This document shows positions 61,158-64,000 of a stretch of DNA of 64,000 bases, piece by piece. A model generated the notes under the pieces. It did not search any database and was not told the origin of the DNA. It saw nothing but the letters and a program-made list of their open reading frames with translations. The translations under genes were made by a program, and so were the position numbers. This DNA comes from Nitrosopumilaceae archaeon (GTDB lineage Archaea > Thermoproteota > Nitrososphaeria > Nitrososphaerales > Nitrosopumilaceae): positions 160,001-224,000 of the forward strand of contig OZ242365.1 of assembly GCA_965208905.1 (NCBI GenBank), given 5' to 3'. Numbering within the stretch: position 1 is the stretch's first letter; each line of letters opens with the position of its first letter.

Positions 61158-61961
61158 TTATAACCTGACAGAGACTCCGCGTTTCTGCAGATATTCTTTT
61201 ACAGATTTGATGGCATCATCTTTATAATGAAATATGGATGCGGCCAGGGCTGCGGATGCATCAGTATGTATTAAAACATCAGCCATGTGATCAGGTTCTC
61301 CACAACCCCCCGAGGCTATAACTGGTATAGAGACTGCATCAGATACTGCACCAGTCAGCGTCACATCATACCCTTGGCGCGTGCCATCAGCGTCTATGCT
61401 AGTCAATAAAATCTCACCAGCTCCCAAACTTGCAGCCTGGCAGGCCCATTGTACGGCATCCAATCCAGTAGGCTTCTTTCCACCGTATATGTACACTTCA
61501 AACCAGAACTCTCTTGTGCCCTCGCAGAATAGTGTATGGTTTGTAGGAGGCGGACCATAATTACGTTGGGCATCAATGGCGACCACCACACATTGACGAC
61601 CAAACGTCTCCATCATGGATGTAATCAATCTTGGATTTTTCACAGCGCCGGTATTGGTTCCGGCCTTGTCGGCACCATTTAGTAGGATGGTCCGGGCATC
61701 ATCAACAGATGATACGCCGCCCCCCACAGTAAATGGTATGTCCAAGACTGATGCCACATCACGGACCAGTTTGGCTAAAGTCTTTCGTCGCTCCTCAGAG
61801 GCGGTAATATCCAAAAACACAAGCTCATCAGCACCCTCAGCACCATATCTGGTGGCTAACTCAACTGGGTCTCCAGCATCACGTATGGAACGAAACCTTA
61901 GACCCTTGACTACGCGGCCAGACTTGACATCCAAACAGGGGATCACTCTCTTTGTTAACAT
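61158..61961 (-). CDS. hisF: Imidazole glycerol phosphate synthase cyclase
   Basis: RVIPCLDV, GADELVFLDITAS, GEILLTSIDADG. Confidence 0.97.
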   Translation of the reverse strand: MLTKRVIPCLDVKSGRVVKGLRFRSIRDAGDPVELATRYGAEGADELVFLDITASEERRKTLAKLVRDVASVLDIPFTVGGGVSSVDDARTILLNGADKAGTNTGAVKNPRLITSMMETFGRQCVVVAIDAQRNYGPPPTNHTLFCEGTREFWFEVYIYGGKKPTGLDAVQWACQAASLGAGEILLTSIDADGTRQGYDVTLTGAVSDAVSIPVIASGGCGEPDHMADVLIHTDASAALAASIFHYKDDAIKSVKEYLQKRGVSVRL

Positions 61962-62656
61962 TCCAGTGCCTCAGGGATGGTGATTAAACCCTCGTATAGT
62001 GCCTTTCCGAGTATTATGCCGTACGGGGACAGCTCTGCCACATCCCGTACATCCGAAACGCCCGACACGCCACCACTGGCTATAACATTAGATATGCGAC
62101 ACGCCTTTGAGAGTGTTTGAATGTCAGGGCCAGATAGTGTGCCGTCACGTGAAATGTTAGTGATTAAAAATTGAGTAACACCCAATGCTACCAGTGACTT
62201 CATGGTGGGGATTATCATATTGTCTGTGGCCTGCTGCCAGCCGTGACTCATAATATGGCCATCATTGTGGTCCAATGACACCACCAGTCGATCATCGTAT
62301 CTTTGTATCAGTTTGTGCAATACTTTGGTGTTTAGTGCCAGTGTACCCACTACAACGCGATCTGCATACTGTAAAGTGTCATGTACTAAATCTTCACTGC
62401 GTCGCCCACCTGCAACCTGTATTGGGACTGAGATGGTACTTGCCATATCCTGTATTATATCGGTATTATCTCCCAAGGATAGTGTGGCATCCAAATCCAC
62501 CACATGTAACATATGAGCACCTTGACCCTCCCATTGTTTTGCAATGCGTATGGGATCGTTATAGTATATGGTCTTGTCTTTTGGGTCTCCACGCAAGAGG
62601 CGCACCACCTTGCCGTCCATTATATCAATAGCGGGAATTATCTTCAGTGTGAGCAC
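61955..62656 (-). CDS. hisA: ProFAR isomerase
   Basis: IIPAIDIMDGKVVRL, LHVVDLD, RDGTLSGPD. Confidence 0.95.
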   Translation of the reverse strand: MLTLKIIPAIDIMDGKVVRLLRGDPKDKTIYYNDPIRIAKQWEGQGAHMLHVVDLDATLSLGDNTDIIQDMASTISVPIQVAGGRRSEDLVHDTLQYADRVVVGTLALNTKVLHKLIQRYDDRLVVSLDHNDGHIMSHGWQQATDNMIIPTMKSLVALGVTQFLITNISRDGTLSGPDIQTLSKACRISNVIASGGVSGVSDVRDVAELSPYGIILGKALYEGLITIPEALEC

Positions 62657-63246
62657 TCCCGCATAAAGTTGTCAAGTATTATGCCGCCAGACGCGCCTGA
62701 TTTTTCAGGATGAAATTGTGTACCAAAATAGTTGCGATACTCTACTACAGCAGGTACTCTTATCCCATAATCGGATGTAGCCGTTACCAAAGAGTCATCA
62801 TTAGGTTTGGCCATATACGAGTGCACAAAGTACATCCATGAACCATCATCCATACCATCCAAAAGGGTTCCAGAGTGTTGTATGTGTAATGAATTCCAGC
62901 CCATGTGGGGCACCTTCATCGTATCAGGGAGTGATACAACCTCACCATTCATTATGGACAGTCCCTTACATGAACCCTCTTGGCTACGCTCAAAGAACAT
63001 CTCCATACCCAAGCAGATGCCCAGAACCGGCATTGTATCTTTCACATACGAATGTATCATATCAGCAGATAGTGAATGCATGGCAGTGTCAAAGCTCCCC
63101 ACGCCCGGTAGCAACAATCCTGAATAATTATTATCATCATTAGACAATGAGTTTATGACTTGCACAGTAGCACCCCGCTTCTCAAAGGAGTTTTTAAGGC
63201 TGAATATGTTACCCGCACCATAATCATACAAGGCCAGACGGACCAT
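62644..63246 (-). CDS. hisH: Imidazole glycerol phosphate synthase glutaminase
   Basis: LPGVG, LGICLGM, PHMGWN, QFHPEKS. Confidence 0.96.
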   Translation of the reverse strand: MVRLALYDYGAGNIFSLKNSFEKRGATVQVINSLSNDDNNYSGLLLPGVGSFDTAMHSLSADMIHSYVKDTMPVLGICLGMEMFFERSQEGSCKGLSIMNGEVVSLPDTMKVPHMGWNSLHIQHSGTLLDGMDDGSWMYFVHSYMAKPNDDSLVTATSDYGIRVPAVVEYRNYFGTQFHPEKSGASGGIILDNFMRECSH

Positions 63247-63830
63247 TACATCTTACCCTTGGTACTGGCAGGACCCATCCTCTTGACATCAAGCGATGCG
63301 GCATTGCGCAATGAGACGGCCAGTGCTTTTGTGGCAGCTTCGGCAATGTGATGATCGTTGTTGCCGTGTATCGCTCGTATGTGTACGCATACTTCCATAT
63401 TCTGCAAGAGTGAGGTGAAAAAGTGCTCCAAATCCTCCTGTGGGACTCCTTCAGTGGCAGGTCCGGACAAGCCAAGTTGCACTACATTATATGGGCGGCG
63501 CACCAAGTCTATAGAGCATTCTGCCAATGACTCGTCCATCGGTATGCAACAGTGCGCAAAACGAAGTATATTATTTCTCTCTCCCAGAGCATCGCGTAGC
63601 GCCATTCCCAGTGTTATGGCTGTATCCTCTATAACGTGGTGTAGCATCCCATCATGGGATTTGCTCTTCACTGTAATGTCAATCATCGAATGGCGAGCCA
63701 ATGATGTGATGATGTGATCAATAAATCCAACAGTCGAGTCTACGTTCGCCTGGCCGGTACCATCTAGATTTACAGATACATATATTCCAGTCTCAGATGT
63801 CTCCCTGGTCATCTCAGCCTTTCTCTCCAT
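63246..63830 (-). CDS. hisB: Imidazoleglycerol-phosphate dehydratase
   Basis: RETSET, HHVIED, PMDES, NDHHIAE. Confidence 0.96.
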   Translation of the reverse strand: MERKAEMTRETSETGIYVSVNLDGTGQANVDSTVGFIDHIITSLARHSMIDITVKSKSHDGMLHHVIEDTAITLGMALRDALGERNNILRFAHCCIPMDESLAECSIDLVRRPYNVVQLGLSGPATEGVPQEDLEHFFTSLLQNMEVCVHIRAIHGNNDHHIAEAATKALAVSLRNAASLDVKRMGPASTKGKM

Positions 63831-64000
63831 TACATTATACAAAACAATCAGGGATTTAACAGCTTTGCAGCTACATAGGGTAAACGTCAGGATATACCAA
63901 AAGAGTGTTCTGTAGAGTATTATTTGGTATCATGAGGATAGTCATACAGGTTGGTGACCTGCAGGTTTCTAAATGGTATTGACAGATAGAATTTCTATAC

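Noticed and set aside
62395-62415. hisA GGRRS instead of GG(I/L)RS
   Set aside because: Single substitution in an otherwise intact gene; could be drift or sequencing error
1-64000. CRISPR array or cas genes associated with the TnpB/Cas12-like genes
   Set aside because: No regularly spaced repeats and no cas1/cas2 were seen by eye anywhere in the window

Overview
Chromosomal segment of an ammonia-oxidising archaeon (Nitrososphaerota, Nitrosopumilaceae-like). The mobile elements and the GC-rich secreted LVIVD-repeat and periplasmic-binding proteins suggest a Cenarchaeum-like host-associated lineage, which is an inference. The backbone carries amoB and amoC-amoX-amoA, a malonic semialdehyde reductase-like Fe-ADH, aconitase, purB, guaB, valS, serS, pdxST, hisBHAF/hisI, thrC, rps15/rps3ae, tRNA-Ile2(CAU) and a two-intron tRNA-Trp. 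Accessory patches include a DNA methyltransferase-HNH fusion, two long TnpB-family genes plus a remnant, a complete IS5-family element with TIRs and an 8-bp TSD, a GC-rich two-gene block between amoB and amoC, and a secreted gamma-carbonic anhydrase with a Cache-domain pseudogene. The most notable observation is a transposase-less tnpB gene (27534-29010) bracketed by 17-bp terminal inverted repeats ending in TA, rather than the TIR-less ends of IS200/IS605 or IS607. The ORF track misses an orphan LysW-like carrier ending in EDWGQ and a candidate box C/D sRNA. All family assignments come from motif recognition by eye; no searches were run.
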